A stretch of DNA of 64,000 nucleotides from a virus. Positions 20,566 through 30,242 of the stretch are shown one piece after another. The notes below the pieces were generated by a model that saw nothing but the letters and a program-made list of their open reading frames with translations, was not told the origin of the DNA and made no database searches. Where the stretch lies: IMG/VR virus record IMGVR_UViG_3300002503_000002, positions 4,956 to 68,955 of that record; one strand, written 5' to 3'. The first letter of the stretch is position 1, and each line of letters opens with the position of its first letter. Made by a program: the position numbers and the translations under genes.

Positions 20566-20637
20566 CGCAGGTGATTGGATTCGAACCAATACCCCCTTCG
20601 TTAACAGCGAAGTGCGCTACCATTGCGCCACACCTGC
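20566..20637 (-). tRNA. tRNA-Asn(GUU)
   Basis: GCAGGTG/CACCTGC acceptor, CTTCG-CTGTTAA-CGAAG anticodon arm, TTCGAAT T-loop, G73. Confidence 0.95.
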
Positions 20638-20648
20638 TTAATCTATAT

Positions 20649-20864
20649 TCAACGACAGTATAAATGACTTTCTAAAACTTCTCGGGCGTGCAGATTTTTA
20701 ACATGTTCCAATGCTTCAAAAATACCTTTCGGGCCTTCACAGGTTGGAGCAGGGGGATATGATGGGACCATAACCACAAAAAGAAAATATAGAGTATATA
20801 ATATCACACCAACAGTCGCCAAACTGATTAACAGTATTTTTAACCATAACTTCATCGGACTCAC
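20649..20864 (-). CDS. Small membrane protein
   Basis: One N-terminal hydrophobic helix. Confidence 0.55.
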   Translation of the reverse strand: MSPMKLWLKILLISLATVGVILYTLYFLFVVMVPSYPPAPTCEGPKGIFEALEHVKNLHAREVLESHLYCR

Positions 20865-20876
20865 CTTATTTATTTA

Positions 20877-21179
20877 TTAGACCTGCTTATATGGCTTATA
20901 TATTACATATATATTCCAGAGCGCTGGAACCCAAGAAATCAATACAGCACCAAGCCAAAACCATTCATTCTGATTGAAGAAACCACCAGCCGCCAAAAGA
21001 CCTGCCATACCAGATTTAAACATTTGCAGACCTTTGATTCCCACTTTACTCAATAGCCAAGCCATTAGGGGGTTTCCTTCAACGGCATCATAATCTTCCA
21101 AGGCTCGTCTTGTAGTATACATATCTGCCATTTGGCCCGAGAATAATAACACGGCCCATAATTCTGGAGGTACGAACAT
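20877..21179 (-). CDS. DUF5658-like membrane protein
   Basis: D..TT..AL....EGNPLMA.L motif and hydrophobic helices. Confidence 0.7.
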   Translation of the reverse strand: MFVPPELWAVLLFSGQMADMYTTRRALEDYDAVEGNPLMAWLLSKVGIKGLQMFKSGMAGLLAAGGFFNQNEWFWLGAVLISWVPALWNIYVIYKPYKQV

Positions 21180-21356
21180 AAATCTAATCCATATATTTCA
21201 TGTTATTAATAATCTTCTTCCTCATACTCAAAAATATCATCATTATTTTGACATGGACGATATTTACAAACGGGACATATTGCATTACATTCTCCTAGTT
21301 CACAAGTACATATATAATCCTCAATATCTTCATCATCTTTATCAATAGTAGTCATA

Positions 21357-21728
21357 TCAATTTCCCTTCTTCATAATGAAATTATAGTGTTTCGATACTT
21401 TATCTTCTAGTTCTATTATCTTATCGAATGATACCTTTGGTGGCGATTCATCGGTATTATTCTCTTCAAAAACACCATGATTAGCCCAACTTCGTAATTC
21501 TGCGACAAATGACTGTAGATGATATGGGTCTATAGGTATTAATGTTTCTCTTGTATCATCTTCGAATGGTGATGGGCATGAACAACCAGAATCTGTTTTA
21601 TAATATAATGTATCAGTGTCATTATTCCTCCATATGACGAACATATCAAAAGAATATGATAAATCCTGCTCAACCATTCCAAATATGGTTAAACCAAAAT
21701 CCTCTGGATTATAATAGATATTACTCAT
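21357..21728 (-). CDS. Conserved viral hypothetical protein
   Basis: YYNPEDFGL...YSFD...DSGCSCPSPFED motif. Confidence 0.65.
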   Translation of the reverse strand: MSNIYYNPEDFGLTIFGMVEQDLSYSFDMFVIWRNNDTDTLYYKTDSGCSCPSPFEDDTRETLIPIDPYHLQSFVAELRSWANHGVFEENNTDESPPKVSFDKIIELEDKVSKHYNFIMKKGN

Positions 21729-22107
21729 TCTCCACATCACCTGTTAATTCGCTTATGATTTCATTTATTCGTACATCCACATGATTGAGAAAATGTTTGG
21801 TCATTCCATATTCCTTATTATAATATCTACCTAATGCTTTTCCCAGATTGGAAAAAGCGGATTGAAATTCAGATAAGATTTTGCTATGTTCTTCGGTTAA
21901 CGTATATTCGGTAGTGGGTTTCATAGGGACATAAATATCTCGTTCTATCGAATCCAATAACAATCTGGCATTCTTTCCTTGTTGGGTGTCAGGATGTTCC
22001 TCCGCTTGATGTTCCAAAAGACCATTAGTATCTATTGTATCATATACTATTTCATTACATACTATACACTTGATATTTCCAACTTCGAGCATACAATCAT
22101 ACTCCAT
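21721..22107 (-). CDS. C2H2 Zn-finger-containing hypothetical protein
   Basis: CIVC...LLEHQAEEH. Confidence 0.55.
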   Translation of the reverse strand: MEYDCMLEVGNIKCIVCNEIVYDTIDTNGLLEHQAEEHPDTQQGKNARLLLDSIERDIYVPMKPTTEYTLTEEHSKILSEFQSAFSNLGKALGRYYNKEYGMTKHFLNHVDVRINEIISELTGDVENE

Positions 22108-22636
22108 TTCTGACTTTAATCACAACTGGGTCTAATTCCCATATCTTCTCTTTCATATTCCTTATGATTTTAAAGGAAGCGACTTTCTCTAACGTACCCC
22201 ATTTGATACTGTTCTTATTCTCCATCACTTCCATGGCTTGTGTCAGTTCCAACGGTGTCAGAGCATAAGCCGACATATGAAACGGCACACGCCTGCAAAT
22301 AATAAAATAATAATGACTCCCTGCATCCATTATCTCAAAGCCCTTCTCCAACTGATGGGGCTTGATATAAGTGATGTTGTAACTCGTTGTATTTCTCGAT
22401 GACTTTTCTTCAATGTAACAAGTCTTTCCTGCTACAATGAATATGTGGTCTGCTGGTACTTTGGGCATGATTACATTGGGGAATAGTGGAGAGAAACACT
22501 TCTGGCATTTCATGCCATAGGATTTGGTGTCACTGATTCTTTCCCAATACAACAACTTGCCATATTTAGTCTGTTTTAGATGTTCTAAGGAGTCCTGTAT
22601 CTCCTTTTGGAATGCATAACCATGCTCATTACTCAT
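22097..22636 (-). CDS. RecU-like Holliday junction resolvase (PD-(D/E)xK)
   Basis: G..FQ.EI, PADH, YIEEKS and IKPHQ motifs; extra CxxC insert. Confidence 0.8.
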   Translation of the reverse strand: MSNEHGYAFQKEIQDSLEHLKQTKYGKLLYWERISDTKSYGMKCQKCFSPLFPNVIMPKVPADHIFIVAGKTCYIEEKSSRNTTSYNITYIKPHQLEKGFEIMDAGSHYYFIICRRVPFHMSAYALTPLELTQAMEVMENKNSIKWGTLEKVASFKIIRNMKEKIWELDPVVIKVRNGV

Positions 22637-23888
22637 TATAAACACCCATATATTTAAATAATTTTTTTGGTCTCATACGCCATAATATTCTTCCGGCTGT
22701 TCTTTCATCTCCTAATATTTTATTTTTTATTTCTGTGTCAGATAGTCTTTTACCGCCGGGAGCAATTAAATAATGTGCCTCCTTTGTGAACTCAGATAAT
22801 ATTTCTCTTGCTATATTATTCATACAAAATGATGTACAATAAGATTTTGAAAACCATTTGTGGGGTTCAAATCCTAATACTGTTAATTTATTCAAAAGAG
22901 ATTTATTGGCTTTTGTTTCTATCTCGCCATCAAATCTCATACCAGCACGTTCAAATATAGGATTATACTTTGCCATTGCAGCAACAACATCAGCATTTGG
23001 ATATTTCTTTAGATAATACTGAACGAGTAACTTACCAAAACCTATACCTCGATATGATGGATGTACGACAAGACGAGATATTCTTCTTCCACCGTCATGC
23101 ATTCTATATGTTCCAATAAGAAATCCCACTGTTTTATCTTTGAATTGTAATCTAATATAATCTTTAATACCTCCTGTGTATTTACCTTTATAATGTAAAA
23201 CACCAATTGGTTCTTTTTTATACCAATCTTTTGTTTCTTCTATTATTTTTAAATCATTATTGTTAATAAATAAGTTCTTATTATGTTCTTTATATTGTGG
23301 ATATGCGACATCCCATCTAGACGGAAATGCTTTACCAGCAATAATCAAATCTGGTTGTAAATAAGGTATTATATCAACATGGGCGCTCGCAATAATAGCC
23401 GTTAAATTTAATTTTCTGACAATCTTTTGAAAGTTATAAGCAATGACAAAAGCTGTGTCTCTATCTAGAGAGGATAGAAATTCATCTATTATGATAGGAC
23501 AATCATTCTTTGATTCCAAAATCATTTTAGATAAACGTGCCCTCATTTTCTGACTATCACTTAAATATTTATAAGGTGTTAAAAACATTGTAGCATCGCC
23601 AAGACCTACAAGAGATAAGATTTGTAATGTTTTTTCTAAAGTATCACCATATGTATAAAGTGGCTTATTTTCATCTATAAAAATCTTGGTTTCGTTTCCT
23701 AATGAGTTTAATAATGTTGTTTTCCCGCATCCAGATTCGCCAGTTATATATACTAAACGGGGAAGTATATCAGGCAATTCTATATCTATGACATTATTTA
23801 TAAATCCTTCATCTATACCAAAAGATTCGCCAATTTCTATAGCTTCATCTGAATCGATTTTATAATTAAAGGTCTTTTTTATTTTCAT
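22629..23888 (-). CDS. ABC-type ATPase fused to a GNAT acetyltransferase
   Basis: Walker A GESGCGKT, signature LSDSQKMR, Walker B IIIDEF, H-loop SAH; GNAT ISRLVVHPSYRGIGFG and NPIFERAGM. Confidence 0.88.
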   Translation of the reverse strand: MKIKKTFNYKIDSDEAIEIGESFGIDEGFINNVIDIELPDILPRLVYITGESGCGKTTLLNSLGNETKIFIDENKPLYTYGDTLEKTLQILSLVGLGDATMFLTPYKYLSDSQKMRARLSKMILESKNDCPIIIDEFLSSLDRDTAFVIAYNFQKIVRKLNLTAIIASAHVDIIPYLQPDLIIAGKAFPSRWDVAYPQYKEHNKNLFINNNDLKIIEETKDWYKKEPIGVLHYKGKYTGGIKDYIRLQFKDKTVGFLIGTYRMHDGGRRISRLVVHPSYRGIGFGKLLVQYYLKKYPNADVVAAMAKYNPIFERAGMRFDGEIETKANKSLLNKLTVLGFEPHKWFSKSYCTSFCMNNIAREILSEFTKEAHYLIAPGGKRLSDTEIKNKILGDERTAGRILWRMRPKKLFKYMGVYNE

Positions 23889-24093
23889 GGTTGCACACAC
23901 ATATCTTATTGGCGAACCATCCGTAACAATCCTTATGCATATTCACCTGACAACATACGCATTGTTTTTGTTCCTCATTGTCCCTTATGTACTCTTGTTT
24001 CATGTATCTTCTTTCCCCTCTCGGTCGGCAATTCTTTCCTGCACACACTACATATCCATGGTAGATGACTACCATTTTCATTGTTGTTCTCAT
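23866..24093 (-). CDS. Small Cys-rich hypothetical protein
   Basis: CVCC..H..C...CVCNH; start uncertain. Confidence 0.4.
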   Translation of the reverse strand: MRTTMKMVVIYHGYVVCAGKNCRPRGERRYMKQEYIRDNEEQKQCVCCQVNMHKDCYGWFANKICVCNHENKKDL

Positions 24094-24257
24094 TCGTCTC
24101 TTTCATCTCTTCATTCATGTTAACACCTTTCCACTACCATTGCATTCATAACAGAAATTTAGATGCGTTATTTCCACAGGATTGTTTTTATTATGTACAT
24201 ATCCCCTGCCATTACAATAAGGACATGGTTTTGCAGTCTTACCACGGAATGAATCTC

Positions 24258-25316
24258 TCATAATGTCGTCCACTTCTTCTTTTCTCTTAACTTTGAAATA
24301 TTCTCAGAACCCATATATGCTAGACCGTGCTTGATTCCACCCACAAGTCTATTGATAATTGTTTCTGTCGTTTCCCCGGTATCTGGAATGTATACCGTTC
24401 TGCCTTCCGGGGCTTCAATGTGAGCAATAGTGGATGCATCTTCTCCTGTTCGTTTGATTCGTTCTCTTTCTGCATGTTCGCTTGCCATCCCGCTATAAAT
24501 TACATATGTCTTAGTCCAAGGTAAATATGTATTATTAAATGTTACGCCGTCATCTGCCAATTGCCCTACGGTACGAGATGCGGGAGATTTATCTGTCGGA
24601 GCCAGTAATTTTCCTATGAATACCGTATCAGCACCAGCGGCCAGACATTTGACTATATCCCCACTATTTCGTATTCCGCCGTCTGATACTATCGGTGTTT
24701 CTGGATATCTTTCTCGTATCTTCTCAATAGCCACCAACTGGTTATAAGCAACACCAGTTGTAATCCTAGTAATACAAGACTGACCAGAACCAATTCCCAC
24801 ACGGAATCCGTCAATACCTGCGTCATAGTATCTCTCTGCGGCCTCTGTAGTGACTATATTTGCAGATATAATATCAATGCTATATATCTTTTTTATGTAT
24901 TTCACCAAGTCATAGCATTGTTTCATATCACCGTGGGCCACATCCATTGTCAATACATTACATCCAGCATTATACAACATATCAATGCGTTTCTCTTGGT
25001 TATTGACACTGATAGATGCTCCGACATGTAATCCTGCGTCTCTGACTTTTTTGATTTGCTCTGCTTGTTCCCATTCAGGCATATAACGATGGATGATTCC
25101 TAGTCCACCAGAAGCTGCCATGAATGCGGCCATTTTGGTTTCTGTCACGCTATTCATTGGAGAGGAGATGATGGGATGTTTTAATTTAACATGACCGAAC
25201 ACAGTATCTAATGATATCTGGTCCCTATTGGTCATTTCACTGTATTGAGGGACCAGCCAATATTTATCATAATCACTTTCTATTTCTGCGTTCAGTGATA
25301 TCCACCCCCATTGCAT
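24258..25316 (-). CDS. IMP dehydrogenase / GMP reductase family protein without CBS domains
   Basis: PIISSPMNSVTE, GGLGIIHR, DVAHG, GIGSGQSCITR (catalytic Cys), SDGGIRNSGDIVKCLAAGAD, YSGMAS, PEG. Confidence 0.93.
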   Translation of the reverse strand: MQWGWISLNAEIESDYDKYWLVPQYSEMTNRDQISLDTVFGHVKLKHPIISSPMNSVTETKMAAFMAASGGLGIIHRYMPEWEQAEQIKKVRDAGLHVGASISVNNQEKRIDMLYNAGCNVLTMDVAHGDMKQCYDLVKYIKKIYSIDIISANIVTTEAAERYYDAGIDGFRVGIGSGQSCITRITTGVAYNQLVAIEKIRERYPETPIVSDGGIRNSGDIVKCLAAGADTVFIGKLLAPTDKSPASRTVGQLADDGVTFNNTYLPWTKTYVIYSGMASEHAERERIKRTGEDASTIAHIEAPEGRTVYIPDTGETTETIINRLVGGIKHGLAYMGSENISKLREKKKWTTL

Positions 25317-25620
25317 TGAAACATATGGTACACCCGCTCTTTGGCCAGTGATTAACCCTATGTTTATTTAATGGATGTCGGCATGTATAACATATTATAA
25401 TATTATTTTCTGTTATGAATGTCTTACCACATTGAAATAATGGGGCATTTATTAAAGGAGAGGAAGGAACAGGCCATGGAAAAGTAATATAAATTGGTGG
25501 ATATGTTCCAGTTCCAGAACTATAGTCTGCGGTATTTGATGTTGGATAAATATAGGTATTATCACCGGACCCAGTGGCAGTAGTGGTACTCCAATATTTA
25601 TAAGATATATTTACATTCAT
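25273..25620 (-). CDS. Hypothetical protein with low-complexity N-terminus and C-terminal Zn finger
   Basis: CYTCRH...H...CTIC. Confidence 0.5.
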   Translation of the reverse strand: MNVNISYKYWSTTTATGSGDNTYIYPTSNTADYSSGTGTYPPIYITFPWPVPSSPLINAPLFQCGKTFITENNIIICYTCRHPLNKHRVNHWPKSGCTICFNAMGVDITERRNRK

Positions 25621-25889
25621 AGTTTAATCTCCCTCATATCTATCAATTTGTTCTTTTTGCTTACAACATTAATTTTATCCACATTGAAGAACATATGACT
25701 ATTTTTCTCATCATCATATTTTATTTCCAGACTCCTATTATCAAAATCTATGAGTATTCCAATGATTCGTTCCCCACTTCTACGGCTCTTTGTTGTCTTA
25801 TTTTTTGTTGTATCTCTTCCAGATATTTTATTAGTTCTTGGAACCCGTATTCGTTTAGTGTTGTCTGTCTTAGATTTCTTAACATTCAT
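25617..25889 (-). CDS. Basic hypothetical protein
   Basis: SD-like GGAGTGG; tight operon packing. Confidence 0.5.
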   Translation of the reverse strand: MNVKKSKTDNTKRIRVPRTNKISGRDTTKNKTTKSRRSGERIIGILIDFDNRSLEIKYDDEKNSHMFFNVDKINVVSKKNKLIDMREIKL

Positions 25890-26127
25890 ATAGCCACTCC
25901 TGTATTATCATGGAGCATGGTAATTTCATGCCTGATGGTATTGTACATCTCTTATAATTACTATGTTGTATTATCCATCCTCTATGGGTCCTTTTTTCCG
26001 TTTGGATATTAATACGACATTTTTCATATATCCACCCTTCTAATTGACAAAGGGGACATATTACTTTTCCAGCCAATTGGAGGAATAGTACATTATCGCC
26101 CTTTCTCTTGATTTTCCACTCTTTCAT
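25879..26127 (-). CDS. Small Zn-binding hypothetical protein
   Basis: CPLC...G...H...C. Confidence 0.5.
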   Translation of the reverse strand: MKEWKIKRKGDNVLFLQLAGKVICPLCQLEGWIYEKCRINIQTEKRTHRGWIIQHSNYKRCTIPSGMKLPCSMIIQEWLYEC

Positions 26128-26389
26128 ATCGACTCCTCACCCTGTAATATAACACTGTTATGAGCACTGCGAATATTGAAGTGACATTTAGGATACCGCC
26201 AATGAACCATATCCATACATCTTCCTGCCATGCGTAGAGGAAGATGATAAAGACCCCTGTAAACAACATGACCTGCCATAACAGAGATACATCATTGGAA
26301 CTCTTATTCTTATACATTCTGTATATTGCAGGAATGCTAGACAGATTGAGCAATATGTATGCCAATATTGGGGTATACGAGGGAATCAT
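26093..26389 (-). CDS. PQ-loop / SemiSWEET-like three-helix membrane protein
   Basis: IPAIYRMYKNKSSNDVSL plus three hydrophobic helices. Confidence 0.7.
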   Translation of the reverse strand: MIPSYTPILAYILLNLSSIPAIYRMYKNKSSNDVSLLWQVMLFTGVFIIFLYAWQEDVWIWFIGGILNVTSIFAVLITVLYYRVRSRYERVENQEKGR

Positions 26390-26528
26390 TCAGAAAACCC
26401 ATTTCAATACTAATAGACCAAGAAGAAGAACGGTAGTCCATATTGCATACACTAACAATCTGTCCGTATGAGCATTATACACTTTCACCGTGAAATCATT
26501 GACATACTTCTTGGATTTTCTCATATAA

Positions 26529-27398
26529 TCACACACTTACATTGACATCTACACGCACACGCCCATCAAAGCGAAGGGCTGGACGCATCTGAATCAATGT
26601 TCCCCCTAATGAGACAGGGGTGAGCATCTTCTTTTCTATATATCCCCCTGCCGGATATCCTGCCTCATCAACACTACCCAAGTCATAGCCTTTGAGGAAT
26701 CCACCAGTAAGTACAAGGTATCTGTTAATTGATTCATCAACAAAACTTCCGTTCTTAATGGAATATTCTACCCATGGAACGGCTGTTGCTGCTTTTCTAT
26801 GAAAATGACCCATCAAATAAATATTAGAGAAAAACGTTTTTGATATATGACCAAGTTTAGTCAAGCCAGCACCTTCTGAGATACCAGAACCCTGTCCATG
26901 ATGCATAAATATTTGACCATATACCGTCTGTTTCGTCTTGGGCTCTTGCATCTCTACAGCGATGATACCATTATCACCAAGAAATTGACAATCCAATGCC
27001 TTCGCCAATCTCAGGTCTGAAGTAGTACCGTCTGCAAAAGGCCAGTAGTGATGTCCCCTGACCAACCCTAGCCATCGTCCCTTGGTCTTTTTGAATATTT
27101 CCTCCATATCTTCTCCCATTTTACCAAAAGCCTTGGATATCGTGACATTGGCACTATCATACAAATTCGACTTGACACTCAATAACAATGCTCTGTTAGA
27201 TGGTGATACGGTGTCGATATAATCTCCCATACCAACAAAATATGCATTTTGTTTCAGACCCCAATCCAGATAACGTTCTAGACGGTCTAAATCTGTTGCG
27301 CCACCGTATTGAATATCTCCTACTGGCAATATCCTAACTTCCTTCATTGGCAGGGTATCAGAATCCACTAACTTAGGTTTCACAACTGCTATTTCCAT
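26529..27398 (-). CDS. Calcineurin-like metallophosphoesterase
   Basis: GDIQYG, GDYID, GHH, HHG and GHFH motifs. Confidence 0.85.
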   Translation of the reverse strand: MEIAVVKPKLVDSDTLPMKEVRILPVGDIQYGGATDLDRLERYLDWGLKQNAYFVGMGDYIDTVSPSNRALLLSVKSNLYDSANVTISKAFGKMGEDMEEIFKKTKGRWLGLVRGHHYWPFADGTTSDLRLAKALDCQFLGDNGIIAVEMQEPKTKQTVYGQIFMHHGQGSGISEGAGLTKLGHISKTFFSNIYLMGHFHRKAATAVPWVEYSIKNGSFVDESINRYLVLTGGFLKGYDLGSVDEAGYPAGGYIEKKMLTPVSLGGTLIQMRPALRFDGRVRVDVNVSV

Positions 27399-27448
27399 GG
27401 CACTCTAGAACTCCTGTTCTACGTTGGGTCTATATGTCATGGTCATTC

Positions 27449-27874
27449 TTATATCTTTGGTCTTTGTCTTACCCTTGGCGGACAGATGTTATGACTATAG
27501 AAACGTTTACAATCTATACAATGCACTGAACTTTTATATTCGTGAACATTGGAATATTTAACATAACCTGCATATCGTTTAAATCCTCCTCTCTTTCCAG
27601 TTTTTAGATATCTTCTTCTGGATTCTAAGTTACAATTTCGCTTATGTATAGAATAGTTAAATCCGATATGATTTGTTTTTGGGGTATATTTTATATTAAT
27701 ATAATATGCAACTCCATTACTTAAATATATATTATTTAAATATTTTACATAACGAATAAAATTAGGATGATGTTTATCTTTAATGAGCCCTATTCGGACC
27801 ACCCCTTTTATATCTTGTCTCATATTTCCTCTTGCGTTTATCCATCTCCTTGTAATATTCCTCCTCCCATGCAT
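27449..27874 (-). CDS. Basic hypothetical protein; start uncertain
   Basis: H..C and CIDC; fills the operon gap. Confidence 0.45.
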   Translation of the reverse strand: MHGRRNITRRWINARGNMRQDIKGVVRIGLIKDKHHPNFIRYVKYLNNIYLSNGVAYYINIKYTPKTNHIGFNYSIHKRNCNLESRRRYLKTGKRGGFKRYAGYVKYSNVHEYKSSVHCIDCKRFYSHNICPPRVRQRPKI

Positions 27875-28061
27875 CCAAGGAATCCTCTATATCATAATCG
27901 TCCATGTTATCAGTATCATTATCATTAGATTGTTTATCCTTATTGCTGTCCTTCATTTACAATCTTCGTCCATTTACGACAGAATGGGCATTTGTCACTA
28001 AGTCTGTAACGTTCTATATGTTTGTCTAGCATATGTTCCTGCTGTTCTCTGAGATTCATAA

Positions 28062-28607
28062 CTATCCCCATTGTTCTGCCATTGCTGATGCTATCCCGGT
28101 ATAAAATCTGCTTCTATTTTTCCATCTATCTGGTGCTGGTGATTCATACCAAACTCTTGGTGTTCTTCCATTTACAATATCCGTTGGTCTAAGTTTAGGA
28201 AGATTTTTCAACCATAGACATATAGACTTGGTTTCTCCATGTCCAAATTGCCATGGTTGTATGATTTGGTCAGGTTTTCGATATTTAGTTGACATGATAC
28301 CTATGGGATTTTCAACGGCTATTTTGTCTATCGGTGCATTAATGAGGGACATAAAAAATAGGATTGCCTCTTTCTGTTCCTTTTCTTTATTCTTGAACCA
28401 ACGTGCTCCACTAGACGATAAATGCGTACATGGAGGAAATGCAATCATCATGTCCCATTTGTTATTTATTATATTTAATATATTATCTTGTATATGAGGA
28501 CCATTTCGTTCACTTTCTAACAAATCACAAGATATTGCATCATGTCCTTTCTGAATAAATATGTCACGGACTATACCACTAAATTCACAAGCTATTAGGA
28601 TTTTCAT
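28062..28607 (-). CDS. Short DNA cytosine-5 methyltransferase-like protein
   Basis: ILIACEFSG SAM-binding motif, FPPC catalytic motif, ENP motif. Confidence 0.75.
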   Translation of the reverse strand: MKILIACEFSGIVRDIFIQKGHDAISCDLLESERNGPHIQDNILNIINNKWDMMIAFPPCTHLSSSGARWFKNKEKEQKEAILFFMSLINAPIDKIAVENPIGIMSTKYRKPDQIIQPWQFGHGETKSICLWLKNLPKLRPTDIVNGRTPRVWYESPAPDRWKNRSRFYTGIASAMAEQWG

Positions 28608-28653
28608 CTCCTACACTCCCAAATCCATTAATATCTGTCATATAACCACTTAA

Positions 28654-29466
28654 TCACTTCTTCAAATCAGTATGGTCAGGATGACATTTTTCCGTAAAAG
28701 GACAATAGATTGGCCTACATTTCCAACCTTCATCTTGGTCCTTCCAATCGATTTCTGGCTTTCCATTCGGCAAATAAATCTTTTTATCATTCACTGCTTC
28801 ATATAATCCAATCGCCCGTTCCTTCAATTTATTGATTATTTTGGTCTGGTCTATGATATTATCCTTGACATTGAATTCCTTGACTATTAAATCACCCAAA
28901 TCCAGATAATATATCCTGACTTTGGGGGCTCCGAAGATATATGCATACGTCATCAATTGAATGAAATGGTCCTTCTTGGCCCCCTGCTTCTTCACATACC
29001 ATAGATTTTTCACGGTCTTTAGGTCATTCACACAGGTTATTTTCCCATCTTCCACATCAAGCCAGTCTGCACGCCCGACGATGGAGATATTATACCCCCT
29101 GTCATTCTCTACTGGTATATTGAAATCGACCTGACTATGAGGCATTGCCATCGAAAAAATAAGGTCGAATATGTTACCACGGAAGAAATAATATTGAGTC
29201 TGTAATGAGGGTTCTAATTGCTCTACGGTGTATCCTTCGGGTGGGTTACGGAGATAGGATGCCTTGGTGCAACATCCAATGAGTTCCGTGACATGGAATA
29301 TATCATTAGACCCCCATGTAGATTTAGATTCCTCAATGTTCTGTTTTATACGTTGTAGTTTAACATTGTCTGTTAATATACGAAAGAGAGCATCATCATC
29401 ATATAATAAATCCTTCATAGGGTCTGGTAAGTGTTCAATACCTTTTAATGTACGAGCTTCTTTCAT
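28654..29466 (-). CDS. Cas4-like PD-(D/E)xK exonuclease, stand-alone
   Basis: HVTELIGC, GRAD, DLKT, QLMTY and C-terminal C...YCPF...C (Fe-S ligands). Confidence 0.85.
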   Translation of the reverse strand: MKEARTLKGIEHLPDPMKDLLYDDDALFRILTDNVKLQRIKQNIEESKSTWGSNDIFHVTELIGCCTKASYLRNPPEGYTVEQLEPSLQTQYYFFRGNIFDLIFSMAMPHSQVDFNIPVENDRGYNISIVGRADWLDVEDGKITCVNDLKTVKNLWYVKKQGAKKDHFIQLMTYAYIFGAPKVRIYYLDLGDLIVKEFNVKDNIIDQTKIINKLKERAIGLYEAVNDKKIYLPNGKPEIDWKDQDEGWKCRPIYCPFTEKCHPDHTDLKK

Positions 29467-29492
29467 AAGAAAACAACAACCGTATTATGATA

Positions 29493-29753
29493 TTAACGAT
29501 ATGCCTGTTGAGTGTTGGAATTGATATTATCAGCATCTGATTTATATATTGTATTTTGTTCATTAGTATCCTTTAAAATCGATTGATGGTCCTTTGCTAT
29601 CTCTATCAGTGTTTGAACAAAACCTGACAATACCAATAATCTCTTTTCTAATACTTCTTTATCCTGTTCCAAAGTCTCTATACGTTTAGATAGTTCCTCA
29701 AGTTTGTTTCTTGCTTCTTCATCCTTAGCATTTAGGCTCCAAGGCATAACCAT
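29493..29753 (-). CDS. Coiled-coil hypothetical protein
   Basis: Heptad pattern. Confidence 0.5.
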   Translation of the reverse strand: MVMPWSLNAKDEEARNKLEELSKRIETLEQDKEVLEKRLLVLSGFVQTLIEIAKDHQSILKDTNEQNTIYKSDADNINSNTQQAYR

Positions 29754-29766
29754 CTACATAATCCCC

Positions 29767-30108
29767 CTATTTCTTAATCTTTTTCTTTCTATGTTCTACC
29801 CAATAGAATTTAAGAGGATAGAAATCGTTGAAATGCCAATGATCTGCTTTATATTTATAGATACTATTGATTGGTTTGCGTAAAAACCTAGAACCCTTAT
29901 ATATAATCTGTCCACATCCAGCACAATATTGCTCTATTTGCCCCTTTATCTCTTTATCCTCATATACAGGCGATAAGTTTCCTTTCTCATCTTTAGCATA
30001 GTTTGTGATTACCTTTAATTTTAATGGCCTTGTCAATATTTTCGGATGTTCCACGCCATCGCAAAATAGTTTCTGTTCTGTCTTATTTTCTTTATTTTCT
30101 AGGTTCAT
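29767..30108 (-). CDS. Hypothetical protein with treble-clef-like motif
   Basis: CAGCGQ.I.KG....HWH. Confidence 0.5.
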   Translation of the reverse strand: MNLENKENKTEQKLFCDGVEHPKILTRPLKLKVITNYAKDEKGNLSPVYEDKEIKGQIEQYCAGCGQIIYKGSRFLRKPINSIYKYKADHWHFNDFYPLKFYWVEHRKKKIKK

Positions 30109-30242
30109 CTTCCATCTCCCAAGGCAATACTAAACTTGATTTCTTGCATACTTTGCAATATTTCACCGTGTTTTGTTTTGTGATGTTATAAAACACGACA
30201 ACATAATTAGAACCACAACGAGAACATTTATACTGCATAATA

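Noticed and set aside
20315-20623. 102-aa ORF and the N-terminal extension of ORF 20034-20381
   Set aside because: Both overlap four well-formed tRNA genes and are spurious translations.
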